Notes: generated from the sequence alone by a model not told the origin. DNA of 64,000 bases from Eledone cirrhosa (GCA_964016885.1 OZ024741.1:122946001-123010000); one strand, 5' to 3'; shown: positions 25,380 through 39,809, numbered from the stretch's first letter. Numbers and translations are program-made.

Positions 25380-26754
25380 AATATAAAAGTCATAAATATA
25401 TATACATATATATATGTATATACGGCTAGGAGAAGGTGCAGTGCCCATATCTCCAAGGCCGTAAGTATTGTTGCCGGAAGACATAAGCAGAGAAGTAGTT
25501 ATAGAAGGCCGATATTCTGTGCATGCATGAATGGCGATAGTAGTTAATGCGGAGTATAAGTGGTGATCATAACATGAGAGATAAGATATGGAGGGCAGTC
25601 GCATAAGTCTGAAGTACCAAAGAAAGTTTGGCATGCATTCAGCAAACTCAAAAAAAACAAAAACAATTTTAGCAACATTGGACGATGCAGGATGGTGCTG
25701 TATCATATCTGTGGGGCGGTGGCATCACAACAGCACATTTCAGTGACATTATTTCTAATGAAATATATTCTATTTCAATTAAATAATGAATAATTTTGAA
25801 TTATTTACTAAAATTAAAAACCATTACTTTACTAAAATAGTAATTTAAAAGTTGGGCCTCACTAAAAATACTGGAATATTTTATATATAGGGACCCTTTA
25901 AATGGTTGGTTTACTTTCATAGACCATTACTAAAATAGTAATATAACATAGGGTCCTCACTAAAAGTGCTGGATAATTTTATATAAATGGGGACGCTTTA
26001 CATGGGTGGTTTACATTCATAAATCTAGATACAATTTTGACCAGGATATAATCAAAGGGTTAAGCGAATTTAAACTTGTGAATATTGTACTCAGAAGCCA
26101 CCTACATAATATCTTTTTATCAAATTAGATATGGCACTATTATCTATATTAGATGTTTATATTGACCATGTCTAGACAACATACATTGATTCGTTTTTCA
26201 GTTATATCTATTAACTGTCTCTTCAATACGCACTATATCGCTGGGTAAGGTCAGGCAATAAGCAAAGTTATCAAAAGGAAGTTGGATGAAAAATACCATG
26301 ATATACAAATCAGTAATTAAGTTAATCGATTCAGATATCGCTTTTGTATAATCTTAGTTGGGCAGAAGCTAACAGCTACATTTGTATGTATATAGATATC
26401 ACAACACATACACGTACCCATATCTCGAGAATAACTATGCAACTGACACACAGCCTCTATGTATAGTCTCTTTACAAATGCACATAAACAAACACACACA
26501 CACACACACTCATCCAGAGACCCCCAGGCACACACATACACATACACATACACACACACATACACACACACACATATATATATATTTATATATTCATATA
26601 TCTGTGTTTTACATGATATAAAATATTCACCTCTGTATTTACATATTGAGGGATCTTCATTTAGTTATTAAAATGCCACACCCTGGGAAGGATTTATGAA
26701 ACACTGTTAGCTAATAAAACAATGTATTTCTAAGCACTCTTTATATATATATAT

Positions 26755-27487
26755 GATGGACTCTCCCGTCGATATCTGGATGGCTGTGTCTTATGTGACA
26801 TTTCCATCCCACCAGTGACCCACAGACCAACCCACATAGGTCGCAAGAGCAAGAGTTTATGGGAAGTATTGCAGGTATCAAGGCCCGTTGCTTCGTCCCT
26901 GTTCCGTCAACACGCAAATTCTCTATGCGACTGGATTCAAATCTCTTGATCGCACTATGGCACCTTTCTCTCCAGTCCTTTCTGTCAGCAGCAATTTGTT
27001 CGCAATCACAGAAAGGGATTGCAAGAGCAGTGAGGTGTAACTTATCCTTGTATCGTAGTCATGGTCTACCAACCTCCCTGTTGCCGCTGCTAAGCTAACC
27101 ATACATGAGAACTTGGAATTCTGTCGTCACTCATGCGGATGACATGGCCAGCCCAACGAAGTTGCGATTGTATAAGGAAAGTTTAAATTCCCCCAATGTT
27201 GCATTTGGTTAGGATGTCGGCGTTGGAGATTTTATCTTCTCGTACATAACCACAGATGGATCTCAAAAATAACTTGTGGAACACATCCAACTGGTTTATG
27301 TGTGACCGGTATGGTGTCCAGGATTCTGATCCATAAAGAAAAGTGGTGAGAACAACTGCCTTATACACTTGCACTTTCGTATTTAGTTTTACACCTTTTC
27401 ATTCCAAAGACGATGATAGAGTTTACCAAAAGCAGAGGTAGCTCTGGAGATGCGGTTGGTCACTTCGTTATCAATGGAAGCACTGCG
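26755..27487 (-). pseudogene. RTE/BovB-clade LINE 3' fragment
   Basis: VYKAVVLTTFLYGSESWT, KISNADIL, QSQLRWAGHVIRM motifs of the RTE C-terminus. Confidence 0.85.
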
Positions 27488-27545
27488 ATATATATATATA
27501 GTGGTAGAACACTGGAAGGTAATATCCGTAGTGGTAGAGCATTAC

Positions 27546-27581
27546 GAGCTGAGGATCCGCTAAGGTGAAACAATTGTTCTC
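27546..27581 (+). ncRNA. Minimal hammerhead candidate in a ~110-bp element; partial reverse copy at ~8880-8940
   Basis: GAG-CTGAGGA-TCC-gctaa-GGT-GAAA-CAATTG-TT-CTC; palindromic stem III, weak stem II. Confidence 0.55.
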
Positions 27582-27683
27582 AGTATGGAGAACTAACTGT
27601 TGTGTAACCATAACCATTTCTCTCTCTCTCCCTTTCTCTCTCTCTCTCTCTCTCTATATATCTCTCTCTCTCTCTCTCTCTCT

Positions 27684-27717
<34 letters not shown>

Positions 27718-29139
27718 TGTATATAAATTTCGTATGTGTCTGTGTATATTTTTACGTTTTTGTTTATTTTTCGTAACATAGCGGTTCGATAAAAAGAGAC
27801 CGAAATTATATGCATCAGACTTGAAATAATAAGGACTGGGGTGCTATGTTCGATTAAATCGAGTTGGTGCCCCGATATGCTCGTAGTTTAATGAGTAAAA
27901 ACAGTAAAAGCACCAACGAATATCGTACAAATAGACTGGCATTCAGACTTGAGTCAGTAAAAATAATTAAACAAAACAAACCTGGAGTTAAAAGTAGTGA
28001 GCTGGTGTTGGTTCTATTTCTTGAGAGAAGAGTTGTAGCAAGTTGATGAAAGTGAAGATGAAATAATGTACAATAACCTCAGTAAATACTTAACATACAT
28101 ACAATGATGGAAGCCTCTACGTGTCCTATCGATTTGAAAGAGATAACAGCACAAACTCTCCTGAATCAAATCAGTTATCAATTAGTAACGGGGTAGTGAG
28201 CAGCCGAGGAACGGACGGGATAATGGAGACAAAGAAGAAAGGAAGAAAAGGACTACTCCTCTGTTTGGAATAAACAAATTGTTTCCTTTAGTCTTTTCAT
28301 TTGGAATACGATTTATTTCAGAAGATTGATATTCTACGGGCTGGTCTCTTAAACTCACCAGCCGTGATTTTAAGAGACAAACACCAAATACCATACAGGA
28401 GCATATCAATGAATCGATACAAAAGAAGTAAGCTTTATTTCTTCTATATGTTGTCTGGGGTTTTTTCTGTTCAACTTCTAGCTGTCTGATGAGGACATAA
28501 CTGTTGCATAACATATAACAGCGTTTATGATTAAACGAAGCGAATTATAAATTGTTGACGTGTACTTGTTATTTATATGTATATATATGTATGTATATAT
28601 ATCAAATTAAAAATTAGAGTTAAAAACTTGCGTTAATCCCCTATACTATAAAGAGCCCGGTATCTATCCCTTGAGCTCATTAAATTACATAAAATTAACG
28701 CAATTTTTTAGCTCCGGTTTTTAATTTGATATATTGGCTCCTAACTCATTTCCTTCTGTAAGTAGAGCTTCTTCAGTTGAATGGTTCTGGACTGCTAATT
28801 CTAGCCGTCTTTTGGTCCATTCACTATGGACAATGTAGTGCGCGATTCTTTTCTCCTTTCACCTTGTGCGTTATTTTACTTATCTGATGTATTTTAGAAG
28901 TGTGGACCATACCGTTTTACACCTATTGATAAGCCCCGAGCGGTATGTTTTTTTCGAAACATTCTCTTATTACAGTTTGTCCAGGTGTTTATACTTATAA
29001 AAGGTTGGTTTGGCATTTTTATTTATTCTTTTAATTGATATCTATTTTCCATTCCTTTCGTAGACTTTATGTTTTTCACCTTATTGGTTTTCTACCCCCT
29101 ATAATTGAACCTATTTGTGTTTTCTTCTCTATATACTAT

Positions 29140-29171
<32 letters not shown>

Positions 29172-29175
<4 letters not shown>

Positions 29176-29630
29176 CGATTGACTTTTCGTCAAATCGGAC
29201 CGAGGAAACAATGTTTCCGTTGGTCTTACAAATTTCTCATACTATCTATCGGTTGCAACTCCAGGTAGAAACAACAACGTGAAATAATGCGTCTTGCTCA
29301 AGGACATAACGCATTGCCTGGTCGAGGAAACGAACTGACAACCTTCCGCTTTGAATCCAGTTCTCTAACCAATCAGCCACACGCCGTTATAGCTTCATGC
29401 ATTCACAGTGAAGGCATGTGGCTGAACGGATAGAGAATTGCATTCACAATCTTGAAGATGTGAGTTCGATTCCTGGAACGGGCGATGCGTTATGTCATTG
29501 AGCAAGACACTTTATTTCACGTTGCTGCTTCTACCTGGAGTTGCGACCGATAGATACCACTAGCAACTGGAAAGACCGACGAAAACATTGTTTCCTCGGT
29601 CTGATTTGACGAAAAGTCAATCGACAAAAA
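29172..29630. mobile_element. Divergently oriented (inverted) pair of tRNA-derived CORE-like SINEs
   Basis: Plus copy 29409-29630 has A/B-box-like GTGGCTGAACGG..GAGTTCGATTCC and CORE-like TGAGCAAGACACTTTA. The minus copy 29172-29390 is its diverged reverse complement. Confidence 0.65.
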
Positions 29631-29664
29631 TAAATTACCCAGCAAGGCGCGGGTAATTCTGGTA

Positions 29665-29711
<47 letters not shown>

Positions 29712-29771
29712 CATATATATATGTATGTATATATATATGCAGAGGTTATATTTAATTTGTTGGGATTCACA

Positions 29772-30025
29772 CAAAAGTTTTGAATTAATATTTTGAAAAA
29801 AATTATCTCCAAGAAACAAAATAAGAATAAGATTTAATAATGTCATTTTGATTTGATATATTACAAAAAATAATGTTTTCCAATTTTTCAAGCATTACAT
29901 TTTACATTGAGTAATATTGAAATGCAGAGTTTTTCTCTATAAATTATTCACTGATTTAAAATCAATCATCATTTTCTTACAAATAGAATGTGTGAAACGC
30001 AGCAAGGCGCGGGTAATTCTGCTAG
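29772..30025 (+). mobile_element. Helitron-like 3' terminal fragment; reverse-complement copy at 33865-34120
   Basis: Ends GCAGCAAGGCGCGGGTAATTCTGCTAG|T; the same terminus also occurs at 29635-29665. Confidence 0.55.
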
Positions 30026-30118
30026 TATAGATATATGTATATATACAGACACACACAAAAACAAGATGGCGTAGGACAGAACAAAGGAGAGGCACAAAAA
30101 CAAAGAAAAGAATCCCCA

Positions 30119-30161
30119 GTCACTGAAGAGGTCACAGAATGTGTGACGAAAGAACTTTGGC
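30119..30161 (+). ncRNA. Minimal type-I hammerhead ribozyme (copy of 12907-12948)
   Basis: GTCA-CTGAAGA-G-GTCACA-gaatg-TGTGAC-GAAA-GAAC-TT-TGGC. Confidence 0.75.
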
Positions 30162-30409
30162 AATATATAAACAACCATCTGGTTGTGGAACCAACCAACC
30201 AACCGGAAATTTATAAATTCCTAAATTTATAAATTTATTATAGTAAATTGAAGTGAAAGCAACTGGTGCGTGTGTTTCTTATTGGCAACATGACCCTCCC
30301 AAAGTATAACAATATCGGTTTCAACACACGTTTTCAGATAAAGAATCTTGCTAAACAGATTCAGAAACGAAATATATATATATATTTATATATATATATA
30401 TGTGTGTGT

Positions 30410-30505
<96 letters not shown>

Positions 30506-30513
30506 ATATATAC

Positions 30514-30651
<138 letters not shown>

Positions 30652-30705
30652 TAATAAAATAATGAATAAACAAAGAAACAGTTCCTTATATTAAAAAATA
30701 AAAAT

Positions 30706-30847
30706 TCATCATTTTACGATCGTTTCTAGGATATATATGTGTTAGAGTTGGTATGCATATTCTATAGATCTATGTACAATATTTATACAAACTATCAGAG
30801 GGAATATACATACCTACACATATATATGCTGTCTTCAGAAATAATGA
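30706..30847 (-). ncRNA. Type-I hammerhead with a long stem II in the 3' pLTR of the PLE at 32280-33740
   Basis: Minus strand: TCATTATTT-CTGAAGA-cag-cATATATATGTGT..(loop)..ACACATATATATc-cta-GAAA-CGATCG-TA-AAATGATGA. 9-bp stem I, palindromic stem III. Confidence 0.7.
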
Positions 30848-31479
30848 TATTTGTTTATTGATAAAGACAAAGATTCAATACAATAGGTCTGTTAGGGAAC
30901 AGGTTTTGAATTGACCAATCAGGAGATAGTGAGGGTCAAGATAGTAATATAGTAGTAGAAGACCCTTAAATTATGGGTAGAGGAAGGTAGATTTCAGTTT
31001 TGGATGGAAAAGACTATTATGAATGAAGGATTATTTTAGGGAAGAAATAGGTCATATGCTGACCTCAGAAATAATTTTATTTGTTCATTGAATAAAACCA
31101 ACAAAGATCTAATATATTCTGTCTGTTTGGTAGGAGGTTTAGAATTAACCAATAGAAAGTTAATAATTGGCCAAATGGTAAAATAGTAGTAATTGAAGCT
31201 TATTTTAGGGGTGAAACTAGGTAAGGTGGTCAGTAAAAGGTATACAAGCAGTTGCTGTTATAAAATAGTAATGCCAATACAAATATCTAAGGTGACAAAA
31301 GTTTTAAGATAAGAATGTTAGTGAAAAAAATACATCTATGAAAAGAATATAAAATTAATTTAATTGAAGGGTATATTTATATTGATAAAATTATACTAAT
31401 ACATATAGATATGATAAATAAGAGTTAGATGCAGTTCAAAAGTGCTGCTAAAGATGAGGGGAGATTAAAAGAATATAAA

Positions 31480-31563
<84 letters not shown>

Positions 31564-31647
31564 TTATATATATATATATATACATATATATACACACACA
31601 CACATACATATACATATATATACACATATATATACACTTATATATAC

Positions 31648-31734
<87 letters not shown>

Positions 31735-31751
31735 TATATATACACACACAT

Positions 31752-31803
<52 letters not shown>

Positions 31804-31831
31804 ACACATATATATAAATATATATATATAT

Positions 31832-31871
<40 letters not shown>

Positions 31872-32279
31872 AAACACACATACATACATTCACACATATA
31901 TACACACACATACACAGTCATATATACATATAATTATTGGGGGGGGGATTACATTTATTAGTGAGAAATAGTAAATATATATAGTTTTCAAGGAACATAG
32001 AGTCATAACCTGAAGTTAAAGCATTATATATGTTTACTTAATGGTATCAGTTTTAGGAAATGATATTTGTAAGAAGGAAAGCCAAATTATGCAGTTCATC
32101 AGTAGTAGAATATTAATTATAGGTTAACTAAATTAAAAATAGTTTATATATTAATTTCTAAAGTGTATATTAATTATGTTTATAATATTTAAAGCAGAAT
32201 TATGTAGTTCATCAGTAGTAGAATATTAATTATAGGTTAACTAAGTTAAAAATAATTTATATATTAATTTCTAAAGTGT

Positions 32280-33740
32280 ATATTAATTAGGTTTATAATA
32301 TTTAAAGGTTTTTCTCAGTTTATGATTACACGATATTATTAATTCCTGTCGCTTATTTAATAGGATATCTTTAGATTTCATTATTTCGAAAAGTTCTTGG
32401 GAACATAATCTACATTCATTTCTACTATTTTGATAATGGGTGGCCCTTTTGAGCACACTCCACGTCAGGTCATATTCTATATTCCTCTTTCTATAACTAT
32501 TAATTATTTCAGCTAGAGATGTTGTATTAGCTAGTGCGGCATCTTTAAAACTATGTTTGTGGGTATTAAATCTTACCTTAAATTGTTAGAGGTAGCTCCT
32601 ATAAATGAATAAATAGAGTCCTTAGTGTTAACTTTACATTTATATACTATGTTATTAACAAGGCAATTTCCTTTTAATGGACAGTTTGCCTTGTTTCTAC
32701 AGTTACAACTTTTCGTGAATCCTGTATCTGAGGAGATATTATGGTTAGTTTGATGTACTGGTGGTGTACTCATGGTTCTTTTACATTTATATGCATTATA
32801 GGCACTTATATTTTGTTTTATGTTTTTGGTTGTTGAGTAGGAGAATTTAATTGTTGATCTATTTAAGATTTGATGGTATTTGTGGTTTGGCGGGAAGTTT
32901 TTCTCTAGGATATTAAAGAATTTTTTAGGTATATTATCCTTAATTTGTAAATTAAATGGAGCATTATACCAAGTAACTCGTCTATTACAGTTTCTATGTT
33001 GTTTATTGTTTTTATAGGATGCATCCTGATGTTTATTAAGAGAATTATTGTTAATGACCTCTCCACATAAATTTTTAGTTAGATTTATTGATTTAGGTGT
33101 TTTAGCTTGTTTATTAGGAGTTTTATTATTAACATTTATTAGAGTTGTAGGATGAGTAGTTTTTTGAGAGTTACTATACTGTATATTAGAAGAGTTAGAG
33201 AAATTTGGTTTTATGTCGGTGTTTTGCAGTATATTGTGAGTGGCATTTAGGTGTGTATGTTTCATTTGGTGTTTGTTGGTAATATTAGGTTGTATGTTTG
33301 TAGTGTTATTGGTAGAAGGTATATACACTAATCTATTTTTGTGGCCACTTCTAGCTAGAGCTTCATTATAAAAGGTCGCATTTTTATCAAATACAACTTG
33401 GTTAGACGAAAGGTTAGAAATCCTAAGTGATATATTATATGCAAGGTTTTTAAGGATAGATTTAGGGTGATTAGATTGTGAGTGTATGTAGTGTAAATTT
33501 TGGTTGGGTCTATGGTAAGGTTGGTAGATACCCGTAGATAAGTCTAATGTTATATCTAGGAAATTAACTACTTTACTTGTGTTTTCAAATGTAATATCTA
33601 GACTATAATAGTCTTTAAGGAAAGTTCTAATAAGGTTTTTTATTTTTTCTATCTCTGAGAGGCTAAGGTTATTGGAAAGAAGAAGACAGTCGTCACGATA
33701 TAAACCACCTTTTTCACCGAAAGTAGTTTTTGAATGCATC
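32280..33740 (-). pseudogene. 5'-truncated Naiad-type PLE: RT C-terminus, Asn-rich linker, Cys motif, GIY-YIG
   Basis: GGLYRDD, VNFLDITL, SNHP, WYNAPF, CNCRNKANCPLKGNC, IVYKC..FIGAT. After a frameshift at ~32575: KVRFNTHKHSF..CRLC..LLNKRQE..CNH. Confidence 0.9.
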
Positions 33741-33819
33741 TTCTCTTTTCATGATATCCGGATTACATTGAGTTCTTCATACGGATTGGACACTACCGTA
33801 AACTTTTGGTAGATTTATC

Positions 33820-33854
<35 letters not shown>

Positions 33855-35346
33855 TACCGGAATACTATCAGAATTACCCGCGCCTTGCTGCGTTTCACAC
33901 ATTCTATTTGTAAGAAAATGATGATTGATTTTAAATCAGTGATATAATTTATGGAGAAAAACTCTGCATTTCAATATTACTCAATGTAAAATGTAATGCA
34001 TGAAAAATTGGAAAACATTATTTTTTGTAACATATCAAATCAAAATGACATTATTAAATCTTATTCTTATTTTGTTTCTTGTAGATAATGTTTTTCAAAA
34101 TATTAATTCAAAACTTTTGTGATTAGGTTTCATATCTTGTCATTTACCTATGGTTTAAATTTCATATAAATCGAATGGAAGCAATTTTCAGCGGGGGTTT
34201 GTGTCAGCGTGATATAAGTTGCAGACTACATTCTGCTATTTAAACATTTGAATTTTGCGATAGAGATATATCTCTCCTTAAGAAAGAAATAGTGTCGATG
34301 ACATCACTGCTTCAGAAATTTTTTCTTTTTAGCACCAATTAGATCTCAATTTTCCTGAATAAAAAGTATTCATTTTGAGAATTATGTAAAATATTACACG
34401 ATTGAAAAAAAAAAGAAGTGTACAGAGAAAATTAAACAAAATGTACATATTAGTGAATTTTATTTATGCTTCTCTAATTTGTTATTCATTTTTCACGGAA
34501 TTTTAACTTTAAATTGCCACGACACAGAGTACTTCACCAATATAGTTTATTGAAAATATAATGAATTTATTTCATTATATATCTTTCAGGTAGCAATAAA
34601 CCTGGGAAAGGACGGAAGTTACTCTTTTGAAAATAAAATAAGTTCATTTAAACGAGAGGCAACCGAAAGTCTCAAGAAAAGCTAATTGGTAATATTTGTT
34701 AATATTATCAGCACCAGTTAAGAGATGGAGTCTCTGAACGTCGAGCTTGTTAAGCATAAGCTACACATTATGACTGCGATGCGACTTTCTTAACTTTCAA
34801 AATGTCTACTAATTATCTCTGGGATTAACTTCTAAAATGTGCTTTTAGTAATAACAATAAAAAATAAATAAAAAAAACGTATTTAATTTTATAAAGAAAA
34901 TAACTTGTGTATATCTTATTCTGCAAAATGTATGCCGTGGTTACAGAATTTTATTGATATTTAAGTTTCAGTGGCAAATGTCATCGAATGGCAGACAGGT
35001 TATTGGTGAATGAATTTGTTTCAGACTTGAAGATTCTGAGAAAGTATAATACAATGTTATATCATCTTAGGTATAAATATAAAGCCAGGGGCCTCGGCAA
35101 GTAATCGATATTGAAATTACTCTCCGGTGTTCACCAATATAGCAGAACAACGAAGTCGATACAAAATCACGTACTGAGACGTATGCAACTAGAAGTTTTT
35201 ATTATTAACGTACACTGACTCAATAGCAATAGATATGGCTTAGGAAGTAAAGGAAATTGACAGTGTATATATGGAGACAAGATGAAAACGGAATTACAGA
35301 AAGGTATAGTAAACACGGTAGGTTTCGTCTCTCTAGATTATTATTG

Positions 35347-35428
<82 letters not shown>

Positions 35429-35625
35429 CGTTTGTATATGTATAATAACGCCAAAACAATGCAGGTATGGACATAGAATAAAGAATGCAAATGCAAAAGA
35501 TATTGTTGACAATTAGTCTTTTACCTTATATTTATTTAAATGTCCTTAATTTTCGAGATAATATCTCTTCTTCGGAGGGAAGTAAAGCGGTTAAACCAGT
35601 GTTCTAAATAGCTTGACAAGTCATG

Positions 35626-35668
<43 letters not shown>

Positions 35669-35671
35669 CAG

Positions 35672-35712
<41 letters not shown>

Positions 35713-35921
35713 CAGTTGAAAATTGCAAACTTGACTGTCACCACACATTATGAAGCTGAAGATTGCGAAAGCATGAAAGTACTTGTTCAATTAACACTTA
35801 ACATTTAATATTCTATAATACTATTTCATTATAATACCTTTATAAATTTTAAAGGATTGTAAATAAAACGAGTAAATCAGAAAAAGTTGGAATTCCTCTT
35901 ATTAATATATATATATATATA

Positions 35922-36048
35922 CAGTAATAATAATAAATTTGAAGACTAAAATCCAAAGAGGGCTCGATAAGGATAAATATATATCAAATATATAAGAACC
36001 GTAGAGCAAATATTTATTATTATTAGCAAATATTTATTATTATTACTA
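35922..36048 (-). repeat. Solo 3'-terminal tail of the 43.7-45.6-kb PLE family, inside (TA)n
   Basis: Matches 42462-42558 (AGTAATAATAATAAATTTGAAGACTAAAATCCAAAGAGGGCTCG...). Confidence 0.75.
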
Positions 36049-36269
36049 TATATATATATATATAGTTTTGCGAGGTTTTTTATATGAAATCGTGTGTCGA
36101 AACAAATATTGTTATACTTGGGGAGGGTCATATTTGTGTAATATTGCCAGAATTAATAACAGAACACACTCACTGTTTGGTTGGTTTCCGCTTTTCGCTT
36201 CTGTGTCTTTTATATCGGTAATACTTTGGTGCGTTATGGTCCACCTGGTTCCTTACCACATTTCCTTCG

Positions 36270-36319
<50 letters not shown>

Positions 36320-36321
<2 letters not shown>

Positions 36322-36502
36322 TTCACCGTATCTTTGACTAAAGGAATTTTAGCCTGATAATGGGCTTTAGAACCCTCAGATAAATGGAAAAAGATGAGTA
36401 TTGACGCCCCATGTACGTCAATACTCATCTTTTTCCATTTATCTGAGGGTTCTAAACCCCATTATCAGGCTAAAATTCCTTTAGTCAAAAATACGGTGAA
36501 AG
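36320..36502. repeat. ~87-bp-arm near-perfect palindrome between (TA)n tracts
   Basis: CTTTCACCGTAT...GAGTATTGACG-ccccatgta-CGTCAATACTC...ATACGGTGAAAG. Confidence 0.9.
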
Positions 36503-37010
36503 CTATTCTATTTTCTAATTTCAAACCTGCTCACTGTTTCAAAAATACTTACTTGATATATATATATATATATAGAAGGATTTAAAGGGATACAGTTCAG
36601 TAAAAGGAATTTATTGACACGTGTTTCAATAACAGTTATATAACCTGAAAACAGCTGCTATCTACAAAGTATTAATTATGCAGACACTCAGTATTTCAAT
36701 GTTATTTTCAACTACCATTTCATCAGAATAATATCATTGAGAACTTGTTTGGTTTTTATAGAGAATATTAAGAGGGAGGAGTGAAGTTGTTAGAAGAATA
36801 GTTAAGGGAGTGGATAGACATTTTTGATAGCAGTGGGTAATTAGATTCCCATCTGTTGTTTTGTTAGTTGAGTTTGACATTTTTATAGAATATTCATTAT
36901 TTGGTTTTGGCTGTATTGGTTATTTTTCTAAATCTATAGAAGGATTAGAGATAGTAAATATATGCATGGTTGGTTTTGTGTTTGCACTATATATATATAT
37001 ATATATATAT

Positions 37011-38392
37011 ATCAGGAAAGAAGGTTTACATGGTTTGCTATACAAAAAAGTTTTTAATCACATAGCTTACATTTGTTTCACTGAACTGGTCTGTCTAGAG
37101 ATCGCTATCCGCCTAATTTTGCGTCACTCGATCGCCAATACAGAATTATAACCAGTCAGATCTTCGGAGCATGCGAGAATGAAGAAAATACACAGGCAAG
37201 AAAAGAAAAGAAAATATGGAGTAGTTATGGCATTCAATTAGAACAATAACAACAACAATTATTACAACAATGCTATCAATAAACTATTTAAGGAGACCCT
37301 GACATTACTTAGGTGGGGGGTATATAATGTATCTAATGTTACAGCGTGAAAATCAGCTGTCATAAGGCAAAAAGTATCGTAGTGTGTATCAATTTTAAAT
37401 TATAAAGATAAGCTAGTTTTTACAGTCCTTCTCTGAATCACACATACGAAAGATCAACCACAGAAATATCTCAAGTAAATCAATTGCACCTATACATAAG
37501 CACAAACTCATCACAACATCACAGCCACAAGCGCATACAAACGCGCAGCAGCAAAACCCCATGGGGCATATATCACAATCCACTTATAACAGGGTACTAA
37601 ATAGGAATGTAAAAGCTGCACAAAATAGCGCCTCAAACTGCAACTGTCACCTCCCAGATAGGTGCCCATTGGCGAACAGATGTCTCGATTCGAGCCTGGT
37701 GTACATGTGCACTGTCATCTCGGGTAACTCCACCTGGAATTACATAGGATCCACCGCGGGTTCTTTTAAGAAAAGATGGTATGTGCACAGGCACTCAATG
37801 AAAAATCGAGCACTTATGGGTTCCACCACCCTCGCCAGAAAAATATGGGAATTGAAGGACAGCAACGCTAGCTACACTATCAACTGGTCGAAGTTGTCGG
37901 CTGCTAAAACCTATAGTACAGGGATGTCCTATTGCGGGCTGTGTGACCTTGAGCTATTGTATATCCTTAGAAATGTTAAAAGGCTACTTAATAATAAGTT
38001 AGAAAGATCTATCTTCTGCAGACATAGAATAGCCACTAAATTCATAAGATTCAAACCTCCGTGAATCGAACCAACATAACATAGCTTTAAATTAGGATAC
38101 CTACTACCCACAGAAATATATTCATTAAGTATACTATTTCCTTCACAAGTCTATACCACACAATTGTCTGTAAATACCTCATCTACCAACAATCTTACTC
38201 CTTCTCAGCTGCTGCAATCATTTGATCCTAGATCCTAGTTTTTCTCATTTCACTACTACAATGTTACTTTACCTTCTTTTTGCCATAACTACAATTAGCA
38301 CGCTTTTCTCTTTGCATGTATGTATATTTTTGTACGAGTGTATATTGATGTGTATGTATGTGTCTATGTACACATATATGTGTATATATATT

Positions 38393-38462
<70 letters not shown>

Positions 38463-39153
38463 TAGATATATGCGTATATTAATTCGTTAACCTCTGTATT
38501 AACTCTACAACTATTGAGCTTTGACAGTGGTCCCACTCATGTATACTGTTGAAGATGAAGAGAAGGACTGTAAAAACTAGCTTATCTTTATAATTTAAAA
38601 TTGATACACACTACGATACTTTTTGCCTTATGACAGCTGATTTTCACGCTGTAACATTAGATACATTATATACCCCCCACCTAAGTAATGTCAGGGTCTC
38701 CTTAAATAGTTTATTGATAGCATTGTTGTAATAATTGTTGTTGTTATTGTTCTAATTGAATGCCATAACTACTCCATATTTTCTTTTCTTTTCTTGCCTG
38801 TGTATTTTCTTCATTCTCGCATGCTCCGAAGATCTGACTGGTTATAATTCTGTATTGGCGATCGAGTGACGCAAAATTAGGCGGATAGCGATCTCTAGAC
38901 AGACCAGTTCAGTGAAACAAATGTAAGCTATGTGATTAAAAACTTTTTTGTATAGCAAACCATGTAAACCTTCTTTCCTGATTTATTATTACTCCAAGTG
39001 TTTACAACATAGGAATTACAGCATACCCGCAACATCACTATGAAAACGCCTTGTTGAGTCAAACCAAGCCAAGCGTTAATATCATGCACTACCTGGAATA
39101 CCATAACTGGACTTCACCTAAGTGGACTGCATTTAACTATTATTTGTTAATCC

Positions 39154-39155
<2 letters not shown>
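37011..39155 (+). mobile_element. Truncated PLE with 5' inverted pLTR (37011-37434 is the reverse complement of 38559-38982); related tail at ~51545-52060
   Basis: Near-identical inverted arms; (TA)n at both ends. Confidence 0.85.
37561..38064 (+). CDS. Naiad-type PLE C-terminal Cys motif + GIY-YIG endonuclease (5'-truncated element)
   Basis: CNCHLPDRCPLANRC, LVYMC..YIGST..FKKRWYVHRHS, CGLCDLE, LLNNKLE..CRH. Confidence 0.9.
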   Translation: MGHISQSTYNRVLNRNVKAAQNSASNCNCHLPDRCPLANRCLDSSLVYMCTVISGNSTWNYIGSTAGSFKKRWYVHRHSMKNRALMGSTTLARKIWELKDSNASYTINWSKLSAAKTYSTGMSYCGLCDLELLYILRNVKRLLNNKLERSIFCRHRIATKFIRFKPP

Positions 39156-39194
<39 letters not shown>

Positions 39195-39749
39195 TATATA
39201 CATATATATAAAAGAAAATTTCGCTCTACATGGCTGAATACAATAAATGAAATCTGAGTTTTTCGAATATTAATAATAACATTCGATTCATTTGCAATTA
39301 TGCAAACAAGCCTCAATTTTATAGACATGTCGAAAAACTCAGATTACATTTATTTTATTCAGCCATGTAGAGCGACATTTTCTTTTTTATTTGAATTTGG
39401 CAAAGCCGGCCATTTATCGTTCGTAAACAGGAAACTGACTGGCCAGTCTGCTGATATGCAAATCTGGTTGATCAGTGGATCTGCTAATATGCAGATCTGA
39501 TTGATCACCCAGCCTGCTAATATGCAAATCAGGCCGATCAGTCACTGTGTTTTTTTGAAAATAGGATATATTTTCACTAGCTCTAACAGTTTGGCAGGTG
39601 AACAGTGAGCTGCAGTTCTGTTCGCATGCTAACTTAAAAGCAAGAATGAAGTGTTCATTCTACTGACATGGCTATAAAAGCCCTAGGCTTGTTTGCATAA
39701 TTGCAAACTAATCGAATGTTATTATTAATATTCGAAAAACTCAGATTAC

Positions 39750-39798
<49 letters not shown>

Positions 39799-39809
39799 TA
39801 AGTGTGTGT

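Noticed and set aside
28487-28510. CTGATGAGGAC as a hammerhead (likewise ~24658, ~52914 and ~59782)
   Set aside because: No properly placed stem II plus GAAA and closing stem I; at best decayed remnants.
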